Source of the DNA: an uncultured Candidatus Saccharibacteria bacterium
Lineage (GTDB): Bacteria > Patescibacteriota > Minisyncoccia > Phycocordibacterales > DATDWN01
NCBI GenBank assembly: GCA_964603545.1
Contig: CAZRVD010000001.1
Span: 68,358-132,357, forward strand
Length of the DNA: 64,000 nt
Direction: 5' to 3'
Position 1 is the first letter of the stretch. The number at the start of each line of letters is the position of its first letter. Of this stretch, positions 10,137-19,056 are shown piece by piece. The translations under genes and the position numbers were made by a program. The notes beneath the pieces were generated by a model. It worked only from the letters and a program-made list of their open reading frames with translations, ran no database searches and was not told the origin of the DNA.

Positions 10137-11048
10137 ATGGCAAACAGGCACCTTTCAAGATCAATAGTCTTACAATCGCTCTTTGAGTGGGATTTTAATT
10201 CCAAAAATTCTGAAGAGGCGACATCTATCTTTAATCGTGATGTACTAGAATTTGCCCCAGGTACAAATGATATGTCTTTCATGGAAGGTCTCATGAAGGG
10301 TGTTTTAGAGAAACAAAAAGATATAGATTTAATAATAGAAAAAGCTGCTCCTGACTGGCCAATAGATAAAATAAGTGTGATGGATAGAAATATCCTCCGA
10401 ATAGGCCTCTACGAACTACTTTTCTCTGAACGCTCACAAGTACCTCCAAAAGTTGCTATAAATGAAGCAATTGAACTTTCCAAAGCTTTTGGAGGAGAAA
10501 CTTCAAGTAAATTTGTAAACGGAGTTTTGGGCGCGGTGTACAAAGAACTTGGAGAGCCCGGGAAAGAAGAGACAAGTAAAAATAAAAATAATAAATCTTT
10601 TAGTGGAGCTCCTGTTGCCACAGAAAATCTTGGTGGTGCCGTTGTTTATGCAAAAGATGGGGAAGATATTTATCTAGCACTAGTTCACGATGTTTTTGGA
10701 CGTTGGACATTGTCCAAGGGTAAGATTGCTAACACACCAGAGACTGTTGGCGAAACATTAAAAGAGGGAACGGTAAGAGGGATAAAGGAAGAACTTGGTT
10801 TGGATGTAGAAATCAAAGAAAAGTTGGGTGATAACGAGTATATTGCATATCATCCAGAAAAGGGAAAGATAAAAAAGCACGTTACTTTCTTTTTGGCTGA
10901 GTCGCCATTTAACGATATTGTAAGAGAAGAGAAGGGGGGGCTAGATGATGCAAAATGGTTCAAACTTGCTGACATCCTTGATTTAAATTTTTATAACGAT
11001 ATACTACCTCTCGTGACCAAGGCGATTAACTTATTACTGAAGAAATAG
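10137..11048 (+). CDS. nusB: Antitermination factor NusB fused to a C-terminal NUDIX-like domain
   Basis: DRNILRIGLYEL, VAINEAIELSK, FVNGVLG; then WTLSKGK...RGIKEELG Nudix-like box. Confidence 0.85.
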   Translation: MANRHLSRSIVLQSLFEWDFNSKNSEEATSIFNRDVLEFAPGTNDMSFMEGLMKGVLEKQKDIDLIIEKAAPDWPIDKISVMDRNILRIGLYELLFSERSQVPPKVAINEAIELSKAFGGETSSKFVNGVLGAVYKELGEPGKEETSKNKNNKSFSGAPVATENLGGAVVYAKDGEDIYLALVHDVFGRWTLSKGKIANTPETVGETLKEGTVRGIKEELGLDVEIKEKLGDNEYIAYHPEKGKIKKHVTFFLAESPFNDIVREEKGGLDDAKWFKLADILDLNFYNDILPLVTKAINLLLKK

Positions 11049-11139
11049 ATACGAATATGGGAACAAGGAAAATTACGAATATATACGAATAGAATTCATT
11101 CGCATACATTCGTAATTGTATTTGATTTCATTCGTATCT
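11047..11139. repeat. Hairpin built from TACGAAT/ATTCGTA units upstream of rnc
   Basis: AGATACGAAT/ATTCGTATCT outer arms; 20-bp inner arms at 11071-11090 and 11098-11117 with 2 mismatches. Confidence 0.7.
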
Positions 11140-11146
11140 CAATCAC

Positions 11147-11839
11147 ATGCAACCAGACTTAAAAGAATTTCAAAAATCCATAGGAATTACGTTCACTGAT
11201 GCGTCACTAATCACGCAGGCTTTTGTGCATCGTTCATATATAAACGAAAACAAACAGTCGGGGCTAAGTCATAACGAAAGATTGGAGTTTTTGGGAGACG
11301 CAGTTCTAGAACTTGTTATTACAGATTTTTTATACAAAAAATATACAGACAAAGCAGAGGGTGAACTTACCGCGTACAGGTCAGCTTTGGTAAACGCAGA
11401 TACTTGCGCTGGGATAGCTACAAAACTTGGAATGGATCAGTACCTCATGCTTTCAAAAGGTGAGAGTAAAGACACTGGAAGAGCAAGACAGTATATATTA
11501 GCAAATGCACTTGAGGCTCTTATTGGTGCAATTTATTTAGACCAAGGATTAGAAAAAGCACACGAATTTATAGAAAAGAATTTTACTCCAATGATTGAAA
11601 AAATTATTTTGGAAGGAAGTCATGTAGACAGCAAGAGTTTGTTTCAGGAAAAAGCACAAGAATTTGATGGTATCACTCCAGCCTACAAAACAATAAAAGA
11701 GTCAGGCCCAGATCATGAGAAAAAATTTACAGTTGGTGTTTATCTTGGCAAAGAGCTGGTTGCGACTGGTGAGGGGGAGTCAAAACAAGATGCAGAGCAA
11801 GAGGCGGCGGAGGAAGCACTATCTAAACGAGGTTGGTAG
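11147..11839 (+). CDS. rnc: Ribonuclease III
   Basis: NERLEFLGDAVL signature; C-terminal dsRBD. Confidence 0.96.
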   Translation: MQPDLKEFQKSIGITFTDASLITQAFVHRSYINENKQSGLSHNERLEFLGDAVLELVITDFLYKKYTDKAEGELTAYRSALVNADTCAGIATKLGMDQYLMLSKGESKDTGRARQYILANALEALIGAIYLDQGLEKAHEFIEKNFTPMIEKIILEGSHVDSKSLFQEKAQEFDGITPAYKTIKESGPDHEKKFTVGVYLGKELVATGEGESKQDAEQEAAEEALSKRGW

Positions 11840-11841
11840 GT

Positions 11842-11959
11842 GGCTTTCAAATTTGGCGAACTTCTCGTTCCCAAATTAAAAATACTCATCACCTTACTAC
11901 TTGTAAGGCTCTTCGTCTTTTTAATTTCTCTCGTCGGATTTCACTCAAATTTGAAAGCC
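11842..11959 (+). repeat. ~120-bp imperfect palindromic element, copy A
   Basis: 14-bp perfect terminal IR GGCTTTCAAATTTG/CAAATTTGAAAGCC; central CACCTTACTACTTGTAAGGCTC. Confidence 0.85.
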
Positions 11960-11993
11960 GATAAAAAACTCAATTTAAGGTGTATTTTTGTGT

Positions 11994-12038
11994 TTGACAG
12001 GCACACCTAAAGTGTGCTACAATCGTGGTGAAAGGAGG
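11994..12038 (+). promoter_or_regulatory. Sigma70-type promoter and SD of an accessory gene
   Basis: TTGACA 11994, TGcTACAAT ending 12023, AAAGGAGG 12031-12038. Confidence 0.7.
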
Positions 12039-12042
12039 GCTT

Positions 12043-12456
12043 ATGACTGAGGTCCAAGTGAGGGCTATTTTGGCCGGATTGTTCTTCGGGATTTGGCCGA
12101 TTGTGATGAGTTGGACGGGACTGAAAGGCAACGCCTCAGCAGCAGCGTTCAGCGGTATCACTTTTCTGATCGTGATACCCTTGGCACTGCAGGGAACGAG
12201 TTTCGCAGATTTGGCTCAGGCCAACTGGAAGTTTGCTCTGCTAGCTGGCCTTACTGGCGCATTGGGAGTGATCGCCTTCAACGGCGGTCTCGCCATTACG
12301 AACAAGTATACCGTCAGCACTTTCTTTATCACGATGATCGCAGTTCAGATCATGGTGCCGGCGGTCTACAAGGTGTTCGCGACTCGTTTCGTTACGCCCG
12401 AGCAACTCATTGGATTTACGTTGGCCATGTCGGCGACATATCTCCTGAATAAGTAA
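12043..12456 (+). CDS. GC-rich multi-TM membrane protein (DMT/EamA-like half transporter)
   Basis: Several hydrophobic Gly/Ala-rich helices; SD before ATG 12043; hairpin plus T run at about 12476-12509. Confidence 0.6.
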   Translation: MTEVQVRAILAGLFFGIWPIVMSWTGLKGNASAAAFSGITFLIVIPLALQGTSFADLAQANWKFALLAGLTGALGVIAFNGGLAITNKYTVSTFFITMIAVQIMVPAVYKVFATRFVTPEQLIGFTLAMSATYLLNK

Positions 12457-12543
12457 TTCGTAAGCACACTTAAAGAAAGGCACATTCGCTTTTCGAGAGT
12501 GTGCTTTTTCTGTTACAGAAAAATTGTTATACTGAAAAGTGAA

Positions 12544-14802
12544 ATGTATTTAAAAAGTATCGAATTATCTGGGTTTAAATCTTTCGCGAAAAAAAGCGAA
12601 CTCTCTTTTAATTCAAAAGTTTCTGCCATAGTTGGTCCAAACGGTTCTGGAAAGTCTAATGTTGCGGAAGCTTTTCGCTTCGTACTTGGAGAGCAGTCAA
12701 TAAAAAGTCTGCGTGGAAAAAAGGGTGAGGACCTTATCTTTAATGGCGCAGGGGATTTGCCTAGAGCAAACAGGGCGTCTGTAAAGGTAGTTTTTGACAA
12801 CACCTCTAAATTTCTACCAGTGGACTTTGAAACAGTAACAATAGAGCGTGTTGTTCATAGAGACGGGGTGAACGAATATTTAATAAATGGCTCGCAGGTA
12901 CGACTGAGGGATGTGGTAGAGCTTTTGTCGTCTGCACATATTGGCTCCTCTGGGCACCACATTATCTCTCAAGGTGAAGCAGATAGAATACTAAACTCCA
13001 GTCCAAAAGAGAGAAAAAACATGATAGAGGATGCACTTGGTCTCAAGATGTATCAGTACAAAAAAACAGAAAGTGAAAAGAAGTTAGAGAAGACGCGGGA
13101 AAATATTGGGCAGGTGGAGTCTCTAAGACGGGAGATTTTACCTCATATAAAATTTCTTAAAAAACAAGTAGAAAAAGTTGAGAGGGCAATACAAATGAAA
13201 GACGAGCTACAAAGGGAAGCATTAGAGTATTGCAAACGAGAAGACGATTATATTAAAAAGACAGAAGAGAGACTGGCAAAAGAAAAAGAACCATTGAGTC
13301 GGAAAGAAAAAGAACTTGATCACGAACTTAAAACAGCTAAATCTGTTTTGGAAAGAGCCAAAGACAAAGATGGTTTGTCAGACAGACTCATACAACTTGA
13401 AAACGATTTACATAAGACAAGAGATGAGAAAGACGAACTATTTAAAAATTTTGGTCGACTAGACGGGGAGATAAACTCTTTAGTAAAAATGGTTAGAAAG
13501 CAGGAGGAGGTTGCGAGGTCAATCGAGCACAAAACAGTCACCCTAGTTTCTGTAGAAGAACTTTCTGTCAAAATAGAAGAGAGGGTAAAAAAAGCGAGGG
13601 GTTCTCTTGATGTGAATACACTTGCATCAACTTTAGACGAAGTTTTTACTATGTTAGTAGATTTTATTGACCACAACAAAGACAAGGTAGAAATGTCACT
13701 TATCGCAGATGTACAAAGAGATATAGATAACTTACAAGTTTCCAAAAAAGAGTTAGAAGAGAAGTTAGAGAAAATAAACAAGGAAGAAAAAGAATTAACT
13801 CTGGAATATAACAAACTAAAAACAGAAATAGAAAGAGAGAAAGATTCAAACAGAGATGCAGAGAAAGCAGTATTCAGAATAATGGCAGAGTCTGGGGAGG
13901 TGAGATCTAGCCTTCACGACATTACTCTTCAAGAAGAAAACTTGAAGTTGGTAAAAGATGATTTCAAAAGGGAATTAACGGAGCTCGGAGTTTTACTTGG
14001 AGTCCATTTATTACAATTTAATAATTTTGTTATAGAAAATACAGATGAAGACAGACACACACAGGAAGAGAGGAGAAAAAGAATAGAAAAAATAAAAATC
14101 CGTTTAGAGGATTCTGGTGGTGTTGCTGGTACTGAGATTTTGAAAGAATATACAGATGCTACAGAGAGAGATTCTTTTCTTGAAAAGGAACTTTTGGATT
14201 TGCAAAATTCAGCAACTTCACTTGGTACTCTTATAACGGATTTGGATCAGAGACTTTCTTCGGAGTTTAAAACTGGAGTTGAAAAAATAAATACACAGTT
14301 TAAAGAATATTTTTCTATGATGTTTGGAGGTGGGGAAGCGAAGCTTGAAGTTACACTGCCTGTAAAGAAAAAGAAAAAAGATACAGATTTACTTTCTGAA
14401 GATGAAATTGTAGAAGAAGCAGAGTCTGAATCGCTTGAAACCTCCGATGAAGGGATAGAGATTGAGGTAAATTTGCCAAAGAAAAAAGTTAAGGGACTCA
14501 TGATGCTATCTGGTGGAGAGAGAGCGTTGACTTCTATTGCACTTCTTTTTGCAATCTCTCAGGTAAATCCTCCACCTTTTATTATCTTAGATGAAACGGA
14601 TGCGGCGCTAGACGAGGCCAATTCTAAAAAATATGCAGATATGGTTGAGAACCTTTCAAATCGTTCCCAGCTCATTGTTATTACTCACAATAGGGAGACA
14701 ATGTCTCGGGCTGGAATACTTTATGGTGTAACCATGGGCGCAGGAGGTGGCTCAAAACTACTTAGTGTTGCTTTTGAGGAAGCTCTAGCAGTAGCTAAGT
14801 AA
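12544..14802 (+). CDS. smc: SMC-family ATPase, shortened
   Basis: MYLKSIELSGFKSF, GPNGSGKSN, IISQG, LSGGE, LDETDAALD, ITH; coiled-coil middle. Confidence 0.85.
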   Translation: MYLKSIELSGFKSFAKKSELSFNSKVSAIVGPNGSGKSNVAEAFRFVLGEQSIKSLRGKKGEDLIFNGAGDLPRANRASVKVVFDNTSKFLPVDFETVTIERVVHRDGVNEYLINGSQVRLRDVVELLSSAHIGSSGHHIISQGEADRILNSSPKERKNMIEDALGLKMYQYKKTESEKKLEKTRENIGQVESLRREILPHIKFLKKQVEKVERAIQMKDELQREALEYCKREDDYIKKTEERLAKEKEPLSRKEKELDHELKTAKSVLERAKDKDGLSDRLIQLENDLHKTRDEKDELFKNFGRLDGEINSLVKMVRKQEEVARSIEHKTVTLVSVEELSVKIEERVKKARGSLDVNTLASTLDEVFTMLVDFIDHNKDKVEMSLIADVQRDIDNLQVSKKELEEKLEKINKEEKELTLEYNKLKTEIEREKDSNRDAEKAVFRIMAESGEVRSSLHDITLQEENLKLVKDDFKRELTELGVLLGVHLLQFNNFVIENTDEDRHTQEERRKRIEKIKIRLEDSGGVAGTEILKEYTDATERDSFLEKELLDLQNSATSLGTLITDLDQRLSSEFKTGVEKINTQFKEYFSMMFGGGEAKLEVTLPVKKKKKDTDLLSEDEIVEEAESESLETSDEGIEIEVNLPKKKVKGLMMLSGGERALTSIALLFAISQVNPPPFIILDETDAALDEANSKKYADMVENLSNRSQLIVITHNRETMSRAGILYGVTMGAGGGSKLLSVAFEEALAVAK

Positions 14803-14873
14803 AGATATGACTTTTTATATACGATGAAGGGCGGTCGCGTATTGCACGCGCCGCCCAACAAGTCCATGAGGCG

Positions 14874-15089
14874 TCACACCTTCATATAGTGCCGAAGTGG
14901 TACCGTCGGCAATGTTCCGTCGGCATTCCGACGGGGGAGCTGGTCAGGGTGCTCACCCAGGACAACCAGTTCCTGATTGGGGTCCACGTTGATGACGTAG
15001 ACTTCTCTTGGCATCATTGCGAGCCCTCTCTGTATGACTTGTTTCACCTTGTCTCCAGGGCTGACGGTCTGTCCTGTCGCTGTTCCCAT
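14874..15089 (-). CDS. GC-rich small hypothetical protein
   Basis: SD AGGAGGTG before ATG 15089, TGGTATAAT -10 upstream, GC hairpin downstream. Confidence 0.55.
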   Translation of the reverse strand: MGTATGQTVSPGDKVKQVIQRGLAMMPREVYVINVDPNQELVVLGEHPDQLPRRNADGTLPTVPLRHYMKV

Positions 15090-15172
15090 CGAACACCTCC
15101 TCTGACCCAGAATTATACCACAATATAAAAAATAATGCAAGTCAAGAAGGGAATAGTTGGGGATAATGAATT

Positions 15173-15301
15173 TTACTAAACTCATCGAGACTATATTTTT
15201 ATGGCGCATCACGGAGTTCGTGAAGATACGAGTGCGAGGAAAATTTCGAGCACGAAATTATTCCAACGACAGAAAAATATAGTTGAGTAAGAGTTTAGTA
15301 A
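15173..15301. repeat. Branched palindromic element, copy H
   Basis: TTACTAAACTC/GAGTTTAGTAA and ACTATATTTTT/AAAAATATAGT arms enclosing two small hairpins; just downstream of the rnr stop. Confidence 0.7.
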
Positions 15302-15317
15302 TCCGATAAATAAAAAA

Positions 15318-17243
15318 TCAAGAAACAATAGAGTAGTCCAGTACTCTTTTTTCCATATCTGCAGAAACTACTTTGAATTTTACTTTGTCACCAAGAGTAA
15401 ATTTTTGTCCAGTCTTCTCACCTTTGATAGTGTAATTTTTTTCATCAAGTGTATAAAAGTCATCACCTAGATCGCGGATTTTTACCATCCCTTCACACTT
15501 TGTCTCAATTTCTTCAATGTAAATGCCCCATTCAACAACACCAGTTATAGCTCCTTCGAATATTTCTCCAATGTGCTCCGTCATGTATTCAACTTGTTTG
15601 TATTTGATACTTGCTCTTTCTGCTTCGGATGCTTTTTTCTCAAGTTCAGAAGATGCCAAACAAATTCTTTCAAATTTTGTGTATTCATCAATTTCTATTT
15701 TTCCACCTTTTAGTTCGCGTTCAAGGAATCTGTGCACCAATACATCAGGGTATCTTCTGATCGGTGAAGTAAAGTGTGTGTAGTATGCAAATGCAAGAGA
15801 GAAGTGGCCAATATTTTTTGTAGAGTATGTTGCTTTAGCCATACTGCGTATAACTGCGGTGTTTATAAGGTCTTCGTTTGGAGTACCTTTCACATCCTTT
15901 AATAGTTCGTTTAAATCTCTTGAAGTCACCGAACCTTCTTTATTTTTGAGTTCAAAGCCCATAGCTTTTAAAAATACAGCTAGGTCTTGGATTCTGTCTT
16001 TATCTGGTTTTGGATGGATTCTGTATACAGATTGTTTCCCTTTCAATAAGCCCTGGTTTTGAGACATAAAAATATGTTTCGCTACCGCACGGTTGGCCAG
16101 GAGCATAAACTCTTCAACTAGTTTGTGTGTATCTAGTCTAGACTTTTTATAAACTTTTATTGGTTTACCTTTCTCATCTAGAACAAACTTTACTTCCTCT
16201 GTTTCAAAAACCATCGCACCGTTTTGTGATTTTTTCTTTTCTAATTTTTTTGCGATTTCGTTTAGTTTACGAAGCTCGACTTGGTGTGGACCGTCTTGAT
16301 TTCCAAGTATGACTTCGTTTGCGTCTTCGTATGTAAATCTTTTATTGCTATGTATGATTGTTCGGCCAAACCACTCTTCTAGGACCTCTCCACTACCAGT
16401 CATTTTAAAAATTGCAGAGAAAGTGAATTTGTCTTCGTTTGGGTTCAGAGAACAGAGGTCGTTTGAAAGTACTTCTGGAAGCATTGGTATCGTTCTGTCT
16501 ACCAGGTAAACTGATAAGCCTCTTTTTTCTGACTCTCGGTCCAAATCTGATCCAGGAGTAACAAAGTGAGACACATCTGCAATATGCACACCGATCTCAT
16601 ATTTATCGTCACCTAAGTCTTGGAATGAAATAGCGTCATCAAAGTCTTTGGCGTCAAAAGGATCTATGGTCATTGTTGTTACTCCGCGCATGTCGCGTCT
16701 GTTTTTTACTTCTTGATCGAAATTGTTTTTATATTCACTTTTTATTTTATCTGCTTCGGCTTCTACAGAGTGGGGGAATTCAATCCGAAAACCTTTTTCT
16801 AAAACGATGGACTCCATTTCTGTATTGTTTTCACCCTTTTGACCGATAACTTTCATAACTTCTCCTGTTAGTGTGTCCCAGTCAACAATTTTTACCAACA
16901 CTTTCTCTCCCACATTTACATCTGCGTCGTTGGAAAGGGAAATGTCTACATAGAGACGCTGATCATCTGGCATAACAAATTTTTTTCCATCTCTCTCTAT
17001 TATTACCCCCACAAACTCTTCTTTTGCTCTCTTTATTACTTTAACAACCCTACCTTGCTCTCGATTTTTTATCTTCTCACCAGTCAGCTCTATTTCTACT
17101 GTGTCTCCGTGTAGGGCACGATTAACGTCCTTTGGCTGTATCTCAATATTATTTTCTCTGTTCTTTTCTTCTGGATTTGGATCGAAAAAACCAACACCCT
17201 TCGTGTTTATGCTAATAGGTCCAACAAGCGAGTTTTTTTTCAT
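15318..17243 (-). CDS. rnr: Ribonuclease R
   Basis: TIDPFDAKDFDDA, VHIADVSHFV, YTHFTSPIRRYPD, C-terminal S1 domain. Confidence 0.93.
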   Translation of the reverse strand: MKKNSLVGPISINTKGVGFFDPNPEEKNRENNIEIQPKDVNRALHGDTVEIELTGEKIKNREQGRVVKVIKRAKEEFVGVIIERDGKKFVMPDDQRLYVDISLSNDADVNVGEKVLVKIVDWDTLTGEVMKVIGQKGENNTEMESIVLEKGFRIEFPHSVEAEADKIKSEYKNNFDQEVKNRRDMRGVTTMTIDPFDAKDFDDAISFQDLGDDKYEIGVHIADVSHFVTPGSDLDRESEKRGLSVYLVDRTIPMLPEVLSNDLCSLNPNEDKFTFSAIFKMTGSGEVLEEWFGRTIIHSNKRFTYEDANEVILGNQDGPHQVELRKLNEIAKKLEKKKSQNGAMVFETEEVKFVLDEKGKPIKVYKKSRLDTHKLVEEFMLLANRAVAKHIFMSQNQGLLKGKQSVYRIHPKPDKDRIQDLAVFLKAMGFELKNKEGSVTSRDLNELLKDVKGTPNEDLINTAVIRSMAKATYSTKNIGHFSLAFAYYTHFTSPIRRYPDVLVHRFLERELKGGKIEIDEYTKFERICLASSELEKKASEAERASIKYKQVEYMTEHIGEIFEGAITGVVEWGIYIEEIETKCEGMVKIRDLGDDFYTLDEKNYTIKGEKTGQKFTLGDKVKFKVVSADMEKRVLDYSIVS

Positions 17244-17311
17244 AAGTAGCACCATATTAACAAATATATAGTAATTTGACCATTTGGACTTGTTCTGCTA
17301 GAGTAAGTGGC

Positions 17312-17743
17312 ATGTTAAAAATTCGATTACAGAGAGTAGGAAGAAAACACGAGCCATCATTTAGGCTTGTTTTGACTGACTCAAAAAACTCTACAAAAAG
17401 TGGCAAATATCTAGAAAATCTAGGAAACTATGACGCAAGACGAGGCGAGAAGTCAGAATTCAAGGCAGATAGAATAACTTACTGGGTTTCAAAGGGAGCT
17501 CAACTTTCAGGCACAGTTCACAACTTACTAGTAGATAAGAAGGTGGTTACAGGTAAAAAAATCAACGTTCTTCCGCTTAAAAAAGCTATAGTAAAAGAAG
17601 CTCCTGCAGAAGCTCCAGCTCCGGCTCCTGCAGAAACTCCAATAGCAGAAGCACCAGCTACTATAGAAGAACCAGCTCCAGTTGATGTGATTGTGGAACC
17701 AGCCCCCGCTCCGGCTCCTGCCGAAGAAACTCCTATAGCCTAA
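17312..17743 (+). CDS. rpsP: 30S ribosomal protein S16 with Pro/Ala/Glu-rich tail
   Basis: MLKIRLQRVGRKHEPSFRLV, GAQLSGTV. Confidence 0.93.
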   Translation: MLKIRLQRVGRKHEPSFRLVLTDSKNSTKSGKYLENLGNYDARRGEKSEFKADRITYWVSKGAQLSGTVHNLLVDKKVVTGKKINVLPLKKAIVKEAPAEAPAPAPAETPIAEAPATIEEPAPVDVIVEPAPAPAPAEETPIA

Positions 17744-17838
17744 ACTAACTAATAAGTTTGTTGACTAAGGTCTATTTTGTTAATAAAATATACAGAGTAA
17801 CCGTGCGTAAAAAGAATTACAATTAACTGATTGAAACT

Positions 17839-18153
17839 ATGGAAACTGATGTAAAATTTTTGGAATTTGTTGTAAAGGCACTAGTTGAAAATCCTGATGA
17901 TGTAAAAATAAATAGAACAGTGGATGAAATGGGAGTTCTTATGACGCTTGATGTACACAAAGACGATATGGGTAAAATAATTGGCCGTGAAGGAAACACA
18001 GCAAAAGCAATAAGAACACTACTTAGAGTTGTAGGGATGAAAAACAATGCAAGAGTTAATCTAAAAATTAACGAACCAGCAGGGGTTATGGGAGAGGTGA
18101 AGACTAGCTCGACCAAATCTCTAGACGATGCCATGAACGATTTGAAGTTATAA
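17839..18153 (+). CDS. khpA: KH-domain RNA-binding protein (KhpA/YlqC)
   Basis: DMGKIIGREGNTAKAIRTLL; lies between rpsP and trmD. Confidence 0.88.
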   Translation: METDVKFLEFVVKALVENPDDVKINRTVDEMGVLMTLDVHKDDMGKIIGREGNTAKAIRTLLRVVGMKNNARVNLKINEPAGVMGEVKTSSTKSLDDAMNDLKL

Positions 18154-18271
18154 CTTCCAAATCTGGCGAACTCCTAGTCTCAAATTTAAAAATATTCGGC
18201 ACCTTACTACCTGTAAGGCTTCTCACATTTTCAAATTCTCAACGTCGGATTTCATCCAGATTGTGAAAGTT
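18152..18271 (+). repeat. ~120-bp imperfect palindromic element, copy B
   Basis: AACTTCCAAATCTGG...CACCTTACTACCTGTAAGGCT...CCAGATTGTGAAAGTT, starting inside the khpA stop codon. Confidence 0.85.
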
Positions 18272-18366
18272 CTAATATTTAAATCCCTAAAACGCTAATT
18301 TTATATACTGCATCTTACATAAAAGGTTTCCTTGATAAAGGATGCTTTTTATGTTATAAATACGAA

Positions 18367-19056
18367 ATGAATTTTCATATAGTAACATTATTTCCTGGTG
18401 CCTTTGACTCATATCTAAATGAGTCGATTATTTCTCGTGCAATAGAAGACAAGAAAATAAAGGTGGAGTTTTATAACCCTCGAGACTATTCTGACGATAA
18501 ATGGAAGAGAGTAGACCAAAAACCATACAGCGGAGGTCCAGGGATGGTTATACAGGCACTTCCTGTCATAAAAGCTATTGAAGCGGTCTTGAGAAAGATT
18601 AACAAAGTTAAAAAAACAAAGTCAAAGACGAAGTCCGGTAGTGAGCTTCGCTCTACTACTCGGATAATTTTCTTTTCTCCAGGAGGAAAACAGTTTGATA
18701 CGGATTATGCTAAAAAAACTGTCAAGAAATTTACTGACACCATTTTAGTTTGTGGCAGGTATGAGGGAATTGATAGCAGGGTGAAAAAGGCGTTTAAAAT
18801 GGAAGAAGTCTCTGTTGGGCCTTTTGTTTTAACTGGTGGAGAACTTCCAGCAATGGTTGTTCTAGATTGTATTAGTCGACAAGTGGAAGGTGTGCTTGGC
18901 AATTTCAATTCTCTTGAAGAAAGTCGTGTGGCAAGTCATAATGTCTACACTAGACCAGAAGTTTTTGAACATAAGGGTAAAAAGTATCGAGTTCCAAAGG
19001 TTCTACTTAGTGGAAATCATAAACAAATTGAAGAATGGAAACTAAAGAAAAAATAA
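18367..19056 (+). CDS. trmD: tRNA (guanine-N1)-methyltransferase
   Basis: KPYSGGPGMV, CGRYEGIDSR, SVGPFVLTGGE, YTRP, VPKVLLSGNH. Confidence 0.95.
   Translation: MNFHIVTLFPGAFDSYLNESIISRAIEDKKIKVEFYNPRDYSDDKWKRVDQKPYSGGPGMVIQALPVIKAIEAVLRKINKVKKTKSKTKSGSELRSTTRIIFFSPGGKQFDTDYAKKTVKKFTDTILVCGRYEGIDSRVKKAFKMEEVSVGPFVLTGGELPAMVVLDCISRQVEGVLGNFNSLEESRVASHNVYTRPEVFEHKGKKYRVPKVLLSGNHKQIEEWKLKKK

Noticed and set aside
17598-17740. Repeats at the end of rpsP as a mobile or regulatory repeat
   Set aside because: Explained by a low-complexity Pro/Ala/Glu protein tail (APAPAE...TPIA twice).
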